Virus record (IMG/VR): IMGVR_UViG_3300007539_000017
Direction: 5' to 3' (one strand)
From: an uncultured virus (IMG/VR IMGVR_UViG_3300007539_000017)
Lineage: Duplodnaviria; Heunggongvirae; Uroviricota; Caudoviricetes
Length of the DNA: 64,000 nt
Shown in pieces: positions 1 to 7,572 of this stretch. The translations under genes and the position numbers were made by a program. Every line of letters begins with the position of its first letter. The first letter of the stretch is position 1. The notes beneath the pieces are model-generated. The model did not search any database and was not told the DNA's origin. It saw nothing but the letters and a program-made list of their open reading frames with translations.

Positions 1-71
1 TCAAAGAGTGGTTTGAGCAACCACCAACAATGTATTATGATATCTGGGAAGACGAAATTTATTACAAATAA
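1..71 (+). CDS. 3' end of a small membrane protein duplicated in the inverted repeat
   Basis: Reads ...KEWFEQPPTMYYDIWEDEIYYK*, identical to the end of the ORF at 15163-15279 (-). Confidence 0.6.
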   Translation, partial: KEWFEQPPTMYYDIWEDEIYYK

Positions 72-94
72 CTAATTCACTATATATTGTGTAT
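1..94. repeat. Inverted repeat copy A (may extend beyond the window start)
   Basis: 1-94 is the exact reverse complement of 15140-15233 (compared base by base; first mismatch at 95/15139). Confidence 0.95.
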
Positions 95-104
95 ATGTTA
101 TAAT
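76..104 (+). promoter_or_regulatory. Sigma70-type promoter overlapping an NrdR-box-like palindrome
   Basis: TTCACT-17 nt-TATAAT with extended TG; CACTATATATTGTG at 78-91. Confidence 0.6.
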
Positions 105-107
105 TAA

Positions 108-190
108 AGTAGTATCAGTCATCGGATACTACTAAACCAACGTGATATACGTATAATAAAGGGGGGCTCTGCCCAGCCCCTCTTTTTTTT
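108..190 (+). ncRNA. Candidate ~80-nt small RNA
   Basis: Starts just after the promoter; 9-bp hairpin AGTAGTATC/GATACTACT; ends in a GC hairpin plus T-run; no ORF. Confidence 0.4.
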
Positions 191-191
191 T
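158..191 (+). terminator. Intrinsic terminator
   Basis: G-rich/C-rich stem (GGGGCT-CTGCCC-AGCCCC) followed by a long T-run. Confidence 0.75.
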
Positions 192-222
192 ATGCTATAC
201 TACATATAGTAGAAAGGCATAT

Positions 223-828
223 ATGCAACAAGAAAGTCCATATGATATCAAAGATTTTATCTTTATTGATGTCGAAACAACAGGTGCAAACATACACGAT
301 AGTTCAAACTATCTGGATAAACACATAATTAAAAAGGATTTAACCCAGATTGGTCTGGCGTGGATGGAAGGGGAGAGGATACAATCGGCTTATACATACG
401 TAAAACCACCAGAAATATACTTTCAACATGTAGATAAATGGTGGAAAAGTGGTGGAAAAGTCAATAGTAATCCCGATTTGGTTGCGGCTGCTCCGACCTG
501 GGATGAATTATATCCATACATAATGGCGCAGATTGGTAACAAACTACCAGTTGCACACAACGCAAACTTTGACGCACAAGTTTTAAATGATACATCATTT
601 CATTATGGTCTTAGGTTTTTAGAGAGAGGTTTCTGGAAATGTACTTTTGAAGATAGTAGAAGTTTACTTAAAAGCTCTTTAGATAGTTATAGTTTAAAAA
701 GTGTTTGTAAGTTCTTTGATATTAATATTGGTAATCATCATGACGCTAGAGATGACGCTATTGCTTGTTTAAGAGTATTCGAAGCTTTACAAGGATTTAG
801 AGCTAGACCCGATTGGATTTTTGTTTAA
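223..828 (+). CDS. DEDDh 3'-5' exonuclease (DNA Pol III epsilon-like)
   Basis: FIDVETTG, VAHNANFD and HDARDDA motifs. Confidence 0.9.
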   Translation: MQQESPYDIKDFIFIDVETTGANIHDSSNYLDKHIIKKDLTQIGLAWMEGERIQSAYTYVKPPEIYFQHVDKWWKSGGKVNSNPDLVAAAPTWDELYPYIMAQIGNKLPVAHNANFDAQVLNDTSFHYGLRFLERGFWKCTFEDSRSLLKSSLDSYSLKSVCKFFDINIGNHHDARDDAIACLRVFEALQGFRARPDWIFV

Positions 829-1060
829 TTAAAATTCTTCTAGAGTTTTGTAGTACTCCACCCCATATTCCATATTCTTGTTCGTGTCTAACAAAAAAAT
901 CTAAACAATCTTCTATAACAGGACAAGTTCGGCAAATTGCTTTAGCTTTTCTAGTAGAAGCTCCTCTTTCTGGAAAAAATATATCTTGCTCTTGACTTAA
1001 ACACAACCCATCTTTGTACCAAGTTTCATTAATTAAATCTATTATCATCTGTCTAACCAA
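803..1060 (-). CDS. whiB: WhiB-family Fe-S transcription factor
   Basis: C...FFPERG...AKAICRTCPVIEDC...GIWGG. Confidence 0.92.
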   Translation of the reverse strand: MVRQMIIDLINETWYKDGLCLSQEQDIFFPERGASTRKAKAICRTCPVIEDCLDFFVRHEQEYGIWGGVLQNSRRILIKQKSNRV

Positions 1061-1404
1061 TCTCCACTTTCAACTTTAGGCATATGACCATATTCTTTTC
1101 TCGGTAAAAAATAAGCTTGTACTCCTTCTATACCTTCTAAATCTATATCTTCTCTTTTGTAAAACCTTGGATGTCCTTCAATAATATCACAAGACTTTAA
1201 TGTATCCCTATCAACTTCATAAACTTCACCTGTTACAACATTTTGTCCGTCTTTTAATAGGCCTGGGAAAGACCTTAGATTAATCATGTCATACTTAGGT
1301 TTAGTCTTATATTTACCTAGAAAGGTTGATGTAGCCATAATACTATGTCTTAAATGGCCACCTTCCTGTCTTAATGTCCCATAAACAAATAACTTTTTAT
1401 TCAT
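1045..1404 (-). CDS. Gamma-glutamylcyclotransferase (AIG2/GGCT-like)
   Basis: LFVYGTLR, GEVYEV, IEGHP..YKR; start moved to the ATG at 1404 (SD AAGGAG). Confidence 0.9.
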   Translation of the reverse strand: MNKKLFVYGTLRQEGGHLRHSIMATSTFLGKYKTKPKYDMINLRSFPGLLKDGQNVVTGEVYEVDRDTLKSCDIIEGHPRFYKREDIDLEGIEGVQAYFLPRKEYGHMPKVESGDWLDR

Positions 1405-1483
1405 TTTTCTCCTTACAGGCAACACAAATGGTACATACATTGCCTTCTATTTCTTCATTACAAATAATACAATAATGTTTCAT
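1397..1483 (-). CDS. 28-aa Cys-rich microprotein
   Basis: MKHYCIICNEEIEGNVCTICVACKEKNE; overlaps the GGCT start; below the ORF-track cutoff. Confidence 0.5.
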   Translation of the reverse strand: MKHYCIICNEEIEGNVCTICVACKEKNE

Positions 1484-1490
1484 AAACTTT

Positions 1491-1544
1491 GGGGGAAGCC
1501 GTACCCCTACGTGCAGAGCGTGTCCAAACAACTCTTACCTCCCC
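1491..1544 (-). ncRNA. Candidate three-way-junction RNA element
   Basis: GGGGAGGT/GCTTCCCC closing stem enclosing two hairpins; GC-rich island in AT-rich DNA. Confidence 0.4.
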
Positions 1545-1593
1545 AGACACATTGGTAACCTCGAGACTTTTTTTCTCTCCTAATGTGCCTTCG

Positions 1594-1670
1594 TGGACGT
1601 GGAGGGAATCGAACCCTCGTAAACTAATACTGTAACCAACACACTATTTAGTTCTATACCTATCACGCCC
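1594..1670 (-). ncRNA. tRNA-like RNA resembling the tmRNA tRNA-like domain, with no tag ORF
   Basis: Acceptor GGGCGTG/CACGTCC with G3:U70 and discriminator A; T arm GAGGG-TTCGATT-CCCTC; no D stem; long irregular helix in the anticodon position. Confidence 0.7.
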
Positions 1671-1734
1671 TAAAATTTTTTAATGTTGCAGTGTTATAAC
1701 CTAAATTGTAGAAATATTCTTCCTGTTTAAAAAT

Positions 1735-1795
1735 GTGGTGGAGGAAAATTCCTTTAAGAAAGGAGGCAGAACTTAAAGGCGAAACCCTCCACCAC
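1735..1795 (-). ncRNA. Long hairpin RNA with an anti-SD loop
   Basis: GTGGTGGAGG/CCTCCACCAC plus CCTTTAAG/CTTAAAGG; minus-strand loop TTCTGCCTCCTTT. Confidence 0.5.
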
Positions 1796-1843
1796 TGAAA
1801 TCTTAATCTCATGGTAGCGTTCATGCTCCTAATTAAAGGTTTT

Positions 1844-2092
1844 TTACTCAAAGTCATCTTCTTCATAACCAGATATATCTTCAATATAGTTTGTAATATT
1901 TATTATAGTATTTGCACTAATAGTAATCTCGCTAGCTATTGCTTGACGAGTGCTTGAATTCCAATCTAACTCAGCTGAATCATACTGATAAATCAACTCA
2001 GTCAAGTTTTTACGTAATACTCTGCGAGACTCTATTAGTAATCCTATTTCTGGGTCATCATAACTTCCAAGAAAGTCTGGAACATTACTCAT
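1844..2092 (-). CDS. Hypothetical protein
   Basis: Coupled ORF in the minus-strand operon. Confidence 0.65.
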   Translation of the reverse strand: MSNVPDFLGSYDDPEIGLLIESRRVLRKNLTELIYQYDSAELDWNSSTRQAIASEITISANTIINITNYIEDISGYEEDDFE

Positions 2093-2531
2093 TGTCTAGA
2101 GCTTTTTCCAGTTGTTTATCTAAGAAGTATTCTGATTTACCTTCGAATTGTGACCATAAGTGTAGTCCTACACCACAAGCCATAGCACATCTTTTTACTC
2201 CGTCAGAGATTGCATCTTTCATACGAGCACCATCTGTTTTCCAGTTAAGTGGTTGTTCGCATTCGCCTGCCTCTTCTATAGTAACAAGTTGTCCATCAAT
2301 TTCTACAGTTAAAGCTAAGATAACACCTGTTACTACATGTTGTGTTTGTCCCTGCTTATCAACAATATCTTCTTTTAAGATATGTTTTACTTCTTGTGAG
2401 TAAGGACCAACAACACTTAGTAATCGTTGTCTGATAACAGAGTGTTGTATATAGTCTCCAAATTTTCCTTTAGGAGCTTTATGTATAAACTCTTTAGGAA
2501 ATGGTCTACTCAATTCATGTAACTGTTCCAT
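2085..2531 (-). CDS. Rad52/Sak-like single-strand annealing protein
   Basis: L.RPFP, DYIQH..IRQRL..VVG, KDAISDGVKRCA...GVGLHLW. Confidence 0.82.
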   Translation of the reverse strand: MEQLHELSRPFPKEFIHKAPKGKFGDYIQHSVIRQRLLSVVGPYSQEVKHILKEDIVDKQGQTQHVVTGVILALTVEIDGQLVTIEEAGECEQPLNWKTDGARMKDAISDGVKRCAMACGVGLHLWSQFEGKSEYFLDKQLEKALDNE

Positions 2532-2719
2532 TACTTTCTCCTTTTTTCAAATTCTTGTTCTCCTAATCGAAAACAAGTATTGCATAAATTATGTTCATCT
2601 CTTGTAGTTTTTATACCACAGAACATACATCTGTTCTTATTAGGTTTACTTTTAAACTTTCTTTTCTTTAACTGTAAAGCCCACCAAAATGGTGTAAAAG
2701 GTTTAGAACGGTCTGTCAT
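2531..2719 (-). CDS. Small Zn-finger protein
   Basis: CMFC...CNTC. Confidence 0.6.
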   Translation of the reverse strand: MTDRSKPFTPFWWALQLKKRKFKSKPNKNRCMFCGIKTTRDEHNLCNTCFRLGEQEFEKRRK

Positions 2720-2906
2720 TGGACACTTCTACTTCATATTCAACTAATGGTTGCGTATCTTGATATTCTGAGTCAGTCATGTGACATCTAGCACAAACCT
2801 CATTAGTATATGGATAAGGATATGGATTAATCCATTCATGCTTATCATCAACACATTTAGGTGTATCTTTTATAGGTACAAATTTCTTTCCTGTCATAAT
2901 ATCCAT
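2703..2906 (-). CDS. Small Cys/His protein
   Basis: C...HEW...CARC. Confidence 0.55.
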   Translation of the reverse strand: MDIMTGKKFVPIKDTPKCVDDKHEWINPYPYPYTNEVCARCHMTDSEYQDTQPLVEYEVEVSNDRPF

Positions 2907-2918
2907 TTTACATCAATC

Positions 2919-3818
2919 CTATTCATTTGTCCAATCATTTAATTTACTAGCAGTAGTAATTTTTGATTGAAGTTTCTGTAGTTCTTTAGGGTCTACTTTA
3001 GGTTTAGGTTGTCTTAAATCTGCCCAATGCTTTACTAAAGCTAATGGTGTAGGTTTCCAACCATAAGTTAAAATAAAGTTTTGTGCTCTTACTTGTATGT
3101 CGTGAGCAGTTGCACCAACTTCTTTTAACTCTTTAGCAGCCTTATTTAACTGCCCCCTAGTAGATTTAGTAAGGTCATTTACATCATATTCAAAGATATC
3201 TACTAAAGAAGTAAAGATATTTCCGTGAGAAACACTATTATCATTGACTATTTCAACTTCTTGTTGAATTATCTCAATATGTTCCGAAGGAACAATATCT
3301 ACTCTCTTCTCTTCTCCTCTCTTCTCCTCTCCTCTCACGTAGGACGGTGTCTGGACATCCTCTGGACGTCCGACGGACATCCTACGGACATCGCTAGTAG
3401 TATTATCAAGAGAGTCATCATCTCTACCATCCCAATCCCACTCACGATTTGCAGAGTTTTTAGAGTTAGTAGAATTTCTAGCTTTACGCTTACGTTCTCT
3501 ATCTGCTTCTCTTACAGTTTCTAATTTACCAGTCCATTCCATCCAGTCGTGGATAATTAATTCATCATCAATCTCATCGACCCAACCGAACTCAATGAGT
3601 GCTTTGGTAAACTCTTCACCATCACCCTCCCATTGTGCGGCCATTGGAATGTATTCTCTATATCTTGTTATATATCCATCTTTACAGTAATCAAGTGCCC
3701 ACCACCAAAGCAAATGGATATGCCCTATTGCTTCTGGAACGCTAATGTTTAGCCTATTAGCCAACATTAATGTTTTAGGATGGGAAGCTACTTCCTGCGA
3801 TGATTTAATCCAAGCCAT
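2919..3818 (-). CDS. Phage replication initiator / replisome organiser
   Basis: N-terminal MAWIK...HPKT...GHIHLLWWWALD winged-helix pattern, IHDW, charged RGEEKR linker, internal iterons. Confidence 0.8.
   Translation of the reverse strand: MAWIKSSQEVASHPKTLMLANRLNISVPEAIGHIHLLWWWALDYCKDGYITRYREYIPMAAQWEGDGEEFTKALIEFGWVDEIDDELIIHDWMEWTGKLETVREADRERKRKARNSTNSKNSANREWDWDGRDDDSLDNTTSDVRRMSVGRPEDVQTPSYVRGEEKRGEEKRVDIVPSEHIEIIQQEVEIVNDNSVSHGNIFTSLVDIFEYDVNDLTKSTRGQLNKAAKELKEVGATAHDIQVRAQNFILTYGWKPTPLALVKHWADLRQPKPKVDPKELQKLQSKITTASKLNDWTNE
3301..3393. repeat. Putative replication origin: four 11-bp tandem iterons next to a purine/pyrimidine-skewed tract
   Basis: TCTGGACATCC, TCTGGACGTCC, GACGGACATCC, TACGGACATCG at 3350-3393; CT-only tract at about 3302-3336. 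Confidence 0.7.
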
Positions 3819-4221
3819 CTTCTTCTCCTTCTTGTTTCCATAATGATTTGAGTTCTTCTACTATATCACGAAGTTGTGAGATTCTGCAAATGAACAAGCC
3901 ATCTTTTGTACCATGTGGCATCATTAGCATAGAGAATAATTCTCTCTGTTCATCTTTAGTTAATTCAAACTCCCAACTTTGTGATTCAGCATGCTCAAAT
4001 TTAGTGACTGTTTCACTAACTTGTTTTCCGCTTTTAACCTCAAACCTTATCTTCCCAGAGTTCCAATATTCTTCATCAGAAGATGCAGTATATTTATTAT
4101 CTGGTATTCCTAATAGTTCTTTGGCTAAATCTTGTGAAGCTCTACCTTGTACTCTAGAGATAGAGTTTTTTCTTTTAATCTGTTGTTCTTTTATTGCTTT
4201 TAATCTATCGTTTATATCCAC
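3805..4221 (-). CDS. PD-(D/E)XK-like (Hjc-type) nuclease, putative
   Basis: R..G..Q N-terminal pattern and the IRFEVKSG motif. Confidence 0.5.
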   Translation of the reverse strand: MDINDRLKAIKEQQIKRKNSISRVQGRASQDLAKELLGIPDNKYTASSDEEYWNSGKIRFEVKSGKQVSETVTKFEHAESQSWEFELTKDEQRELFSMLMMPHGTKDGLFICRISQLRDIVEELKSLWKQEGEEDGLD

Positions 4222-4561
4222 GCAATAGCTCCTTTAATAAATCTTCATCAATAATATATAAAGTAGAAATGCCATCAGCTGTGCGCTTTTTGTTATTGCC
4301 CTGGCGTAAAAGCTTCTTCCATGCCAACACTAATGGCTTAGAACCTGCTTTTTCTTTAGCTTTTGCATAAGTTTGGTGTATGTTTAAGGCTTGTCTTGCC
4401 TTACATTCGAAAATCATTTCTTCTGGTAGTTCTACTTGGACATCGCCTTCATCGGACATACCACCTTCGGCTAATCTATATGCTTTATATCCCCAAGACT
4501 GAAGTAATTCTTTTGTTTGAGTCTCGAATCTAGTTCCCTGTATCTTTGGTTTGTTGACCAT
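4205..4561 (-). CDS. Holliday junction resolvase (Hjc-like PD-(D/E)XK)
   Basis: K..GT.FE, DEGDV, IFECKAR; probable start MVNKPK at 4561. Confidence 0.8.
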   Translation of the reverse strand: MVNKPKIQGTRFETQTKELLQSWGYKAYRLAEGGMSDEGDVQVELPEEMIFECKARQALNIHQTYAKAKEKAGSKPLVLAWKKLLRQGNNKKRTADGISTLYIIDEDLLKELLRGYKR

Positions 4562-5027
4562 CTGCGTCCTTTCTTTGTACAACTCTGTTCCAAACTTCTG
4601 TTTCAAACAAATTCCAAGTTTCTTTTCTTGGTCCAGTTTTTTGTGGTCGATTCAACTCAATCCATAAAAGATAATAATTTTCGTACATAGAAGTGTTTTT
4701 AATAAAATGCAAAACATCTTTAGCTTTCTTTAACTTTCCAACATCAAATAAAGCTTGAGCAAAGTTACCTATTTCTATGTAATCTTTTTGCATAGTTTCA
4801 AATCTAGTTGTAGCAAGAAACTCATCTTTGTTATCTTTTAATTTTTTCATGTATTCCATTGCAGATTTAGTAATAGAATTTGTCATGATATTGATTATGT
4901 CAGCGTCCATTATAAAAATTTCTTCGCCAGCTGGAACAGGACAGTTAGGATGATGTTCCATATTTGAAGGAGCACCACAAACGTTACATTCTATTTCTTG
5001 TTCATTGTCTGGAGGATACATGCTCAT
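4530..5027 (-). CDS. Hypothetical protein with N-terminal CxxC/HxxxC motif
   Basis: CNVC...HHPNC; start uncertain (track gives 5120). Confidence 0.6.
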   Translation of the reverse strand: MSMYPPDNEQEIECNVCGAPSNMEHHPNCPVPAGEEIFIMDADIINIMTNSITKSAMEYMKKLKDNKDEFLATTRFETMQKDYIEIGNFAQALFDVGKLKKAKDVLHFIKNTSMYENYYLLWIELNRPQKTGPRKETWNLFETEVWNRVVQRKDADGQQTKDTGN

Positions 5028-5052
5028 ACTCAAGCATACATCAATACCTTTT

Positions 5053-5577
5053 TTAGTTGCGTCTTTGTCCATCGCCAAGCTCTTGAGCCCACTTAGGAGC
5101 ATACTTACCATCTGGGTCAATGACTTGGAGTTTAGGAGCCTCGTCCCATTCTTTATCTAAAAATGTATCTCTTATACTTTGAGGATTTAAACCTCGTCTA
5201 GTTGCAACTGCGTCTAAACCTCTTAACTTAGGTAAAAATGTTTCACCAAGTATGGCTTTGATATCACTTACTACATCTTGTGGTAAGTTTCTTTCAGTCA
5301 TCCATTGAATTAAATTATCTAAGTTTTGTACTTTAGTTTTATAACCTTTAGAAAAGTTGTACACTTTACCGTTCATCTTGACTGCACCTTTTTCTTCTAC
5401 ATCTAATGCAATCTTGTTGTCAGCAAAATCTCTAACTTGTCTTGTCTTGTAGTTACCAAAGTCAGCTACTGAACGACAAACAACAAAGTCTTCAATCTTA
5501 TTTAGTGATTGAAGTTCTGAGTTTTCTAAATCATGGTCGTTCTTAGCGATATCATATACTGTATCTTTTATATTCAT
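5053..5577 (-). CDS. Hypothetical phage protein
   Basis: Long ORF in operon. Confidence 0.7.
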   Translation of the reverse strand: MNIKDTVYDIAKNDHDLENSELQSLNKIEDFVVCRSVADFGNYKTRQVRDFADNKIALDVEEKGAVKMNGKVYNFSKGYKTKVQNLDNLIQWMTERNLPQDVVSDIKAILGETFLPKLRGLDAVATRRGLNPQSIRDTFLDKEWDEAPKLQVIDPDGKYAPKWAQELGDGQRRN

Positions 5578-5678
5578 GCTTTTGTAATCCTTCCTACTTG
5601 TGTTTGACGGTTTCTATTTAATCCTAAATATTTACCACCTTTTTTAGATTTTTGAGCTCTACGTTCTGCTCTGTTCAT
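5574..5678 (-). CDS. 34-aa basic peptide (NRAERRA motif)
   Basis: MNRAERRAQKSKKGGK...; SD AGGAGG; stop overlaps the next ATG. Confidence 0.6.
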   Translation of the reverse strand: MNRAERRAQKSKKGGKYLGLNRNRQTQVGRITKA

Positions 5679-5711
5679 AACTATTACCTCCTGTTAATGA
5701 AATCAAGAATA

Positions 5712-6257
5712 CTACATATTCTTTTCTCTTGCAACTAATCTATTAAATTTTTTTGCATTCTTCCAACACCAATCACTAGAACTCCAGTCATTCCACCTTA
5801 CATATGAATACATATCTTCAACTAATAAACTTGCCATAAGAATGTTGTAGTAAGGAGTAAACTGTACTCGTTCTTGTGTAAAGCCATAACTACTTTTAGA
5901 TGTTGGTCCTGTGTATGGTCTTCCTTGATACATAATTACCCAATCATTCCACATTGGTAAGTCGTGTGCCTCTGCTACCCAGTTCCATGTCCACGACACA
6001 AACTGAAAGTATCCACTATCGTAGTTTCCTTCTGCAGTTCTTAATGCGTCTGAATTATGTCTTGATTCACACCAAGATACTCTAACTGCAGTATCCCAAT
6101 TTATCGGCTCAAAGAATTCTTGTATTAAATCAAAATGTTCTCCTGCCTTATCTGGCACTAAATCTTGACAATACTTATATTCTTGAAGCATATCTGGAGT
6201 TACCACCCCATTTGTTGGAAACATTGTTCCTAATATGATTAAACATTCTGCTATCAT
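5712..6257 (-). CDS. Lytic transglycosylase (SLT/lysozyme-like) with hydrophobic N-terminus
   Basis: WCES, GYFQF...TW, NI..A motifs. Confidence 0.75.
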   Translation of the reverse strand: MIAECLIILGTMFPTNGVVTPDMLQEYKYCQDLVPDKAGEHFDLIQEFFEPINWDTAVRVSWCESRHNSDALRTAEGNYDSGYFQFVSWTWNWVAEAHDLPMWNDWVIMYQGRPYTGPTSKSSYGFTQERVQFTPYYNILMASLLVEDMYSYVRWNDWSSSDWCWKNAKKFNRLVAREKNM

Positions 6258-6319
6258 AAATCTATTTTTTCGTAAGCTATCGCCTATGCCTCCTGTTATG
6301 TTTTAAATTCGCTTAAGTT

Positions 6320-6547
6320 TTAGACTTTATCTAAAACTATATCCTTAGCTCTTTGCAGTGCAATCCCCTGTGTCTTACCACCTATAGTAGTAAAGTAATG
6401 GAGTTGCCCAGAGTTGTCAGACTTATAAATGTCAGCGTCAAACTCTAGTAACATAGAGTTGAAACGGACAGATATTAAGTACTGGCCGAACCAAACTTCT
6501 GTTGGCTCTTGGCCTCTGTCAACAGCTAATTCAACTGTATCTCTCAT
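6320..6547 (-). CDS. Hypothetical protein
   Basis: Probable start MRDTVEL at 6547. Confidence 0.55.
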   Translation of the reverse strand: MRDTVELAVDRGQEPTEVWFGQYLISVRFNSMLLEFDADIYKSDNSGQLHYFTTIGGKTQGIALQRAKDIVLDKV

Positions 6548-6627
6548 CTTGTCTTTAATAATACCATTAATAAAGATATATTGTGTCATTTTTTTGTATA
6601 CTTTGTGAAAATATGCACAAAATAAAT

Positions 6628-6656
6628 TTGACATACTATATGTTGTGGTATATACT
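6628..6656 (+). promoter_or_regulatory. Consensus sigma70/SigA promoter with an NrdR-box-like spacer
   Basis: TTGACA-tactatatgttgtggta(17)-TATACT. Confidence 0.8.
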
Positions 6657-6662
6657 GCTATC

Positions 6663-6952
6663 AAGCACTTAATCACAACATGAAAGTATCCATAGAGTGT
6701 GGAGAAATGTGATAAGTGCGTAAAGCTACTTAGTAGGAGTGCTTGGCGTTAAAAGCGATGTTTTACGGATGTCAATTAAAGTCAACATAAGTAAAAGTAT
6801 TCACGAGTACTCGGAGGAGTGGCTTTACGCACTAAACGCATGTGCTTTAGGTCTAGAAGGTCTGAAACCCATATGAAGGGTGACAGCCTTCTTTACTTTA
6901 ATTTTAGAGGAGAGAGTCTGAAACGACGAGGAGTGACAGCTCTCTCTTTCTA
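6663..6952 (+). ncRNA. Candidate ~290-nt structured non-coding RNA
   Basis: Back-to-back helices with G-U pairs favouring the + strand; no substantial ORF; two similar 3' hairpins. Confidence 0.55.
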
Positions 6953-6972
6953 ATTTCTGCTATAATTTATAT

Positions 6973-7302
6973 ATGTACAATTCAGATGACCAACCATTAG
7001 GAGTTTCAGAAGTAGCAATAGTTTTATCAGTCAAGCCAGATACTGTTTCATCATGGCAAATTAGAAAAATGATGCCTATACCAGACGCATTAATTAATGA
7101 TGGCCGAACAAGATTGTGGCGTATGAAGACAATATTAGACTGGGCTAGTGCAACTGGTCGCAATCAAAAAGGTATTGACTCACGCAAAGCCGTCTCCTTG
7201 TTGGCACAACATGACAATAAAGGTAAAAACATTGAAGATTTTACATCACGTGCATCTGGATTTGATGACCAATGGGGTAATTTAGGAGACTATAAAGAGT
7301 AA
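6973..7302 (+). CDS. HTH DNA-binding protein (excisionase/AlpA-like), probably leaderless
   Basis: LGVSEVAIVLSVKPDTVSSW...P.PD...RLW....I..W; TATAAT 6 nt before the ATG. Confidence 0.8.
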   Translation: MYNSDDQPLGVSEVAIVLSVKPDTVSSWQIRKMMPIPDALINDGRTRLWRMKTILDWASATGRNQKGIDSRKAVSLLAQHDNKGKNIEDFTSRASGFDDQWGNLGDYKE

Positions 7303-7478
7303 AAGCCACCTCACAGGGTGGCCTTATTTACTCTATATTAGTACTCTGAAAGCGAGGGAAACAGGAAAGTAAATCTGTTTATAACCCTTTTCCGTTGCTC
7401 TTGCGAGTTCCGTTCCTGACTTAAACTTTCAGTAAGGAGGACTATGTTCCTTTTATAAAGAAACACAATGCCTTGTAA
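7297..7478 (-). ncRNA. Candidate small RNA: 5' hairpin, CCUCCUU, structured domain, terminator
   Basis: TTGACA (7509-7504) and TATTAT upstream; CTGAAAG/CTTTCAG helix; GCCACC/GGTGGC terminator plus T-run. Confidence 0.5.
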
Positions 7479-7572
7479 TAAATAATACATAAATTAAATT
7501 TATTGTCAAATCATATTATTAAATTATTTTTTTAAAATTTGTTTGCATATATTGTTTAAGTGACTATATTAA

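Noticed and set aside
1594..1670. Reading the tRNA-like element as tRNA-Pro(TGG)
   Set aside because: The loop GTTGGTT has TGG in the centre, but there is no U8, no D stem, a G-G mismatch in the stem and no purine at 37, while the acceptor carries Ala identity elements.
1663..1884. ORF-track 73-aa ORF on the minus strand
   Set aside because: It overlaps the upstream gene and the structured hairpin and has no protein-like features; the RNA reading fits better.
6855..6952. Hammerhead ribozyme
   Set aside because: CTGA and GAAA overlap instead of flanking a stem, and the three-stem core cannot be formed.
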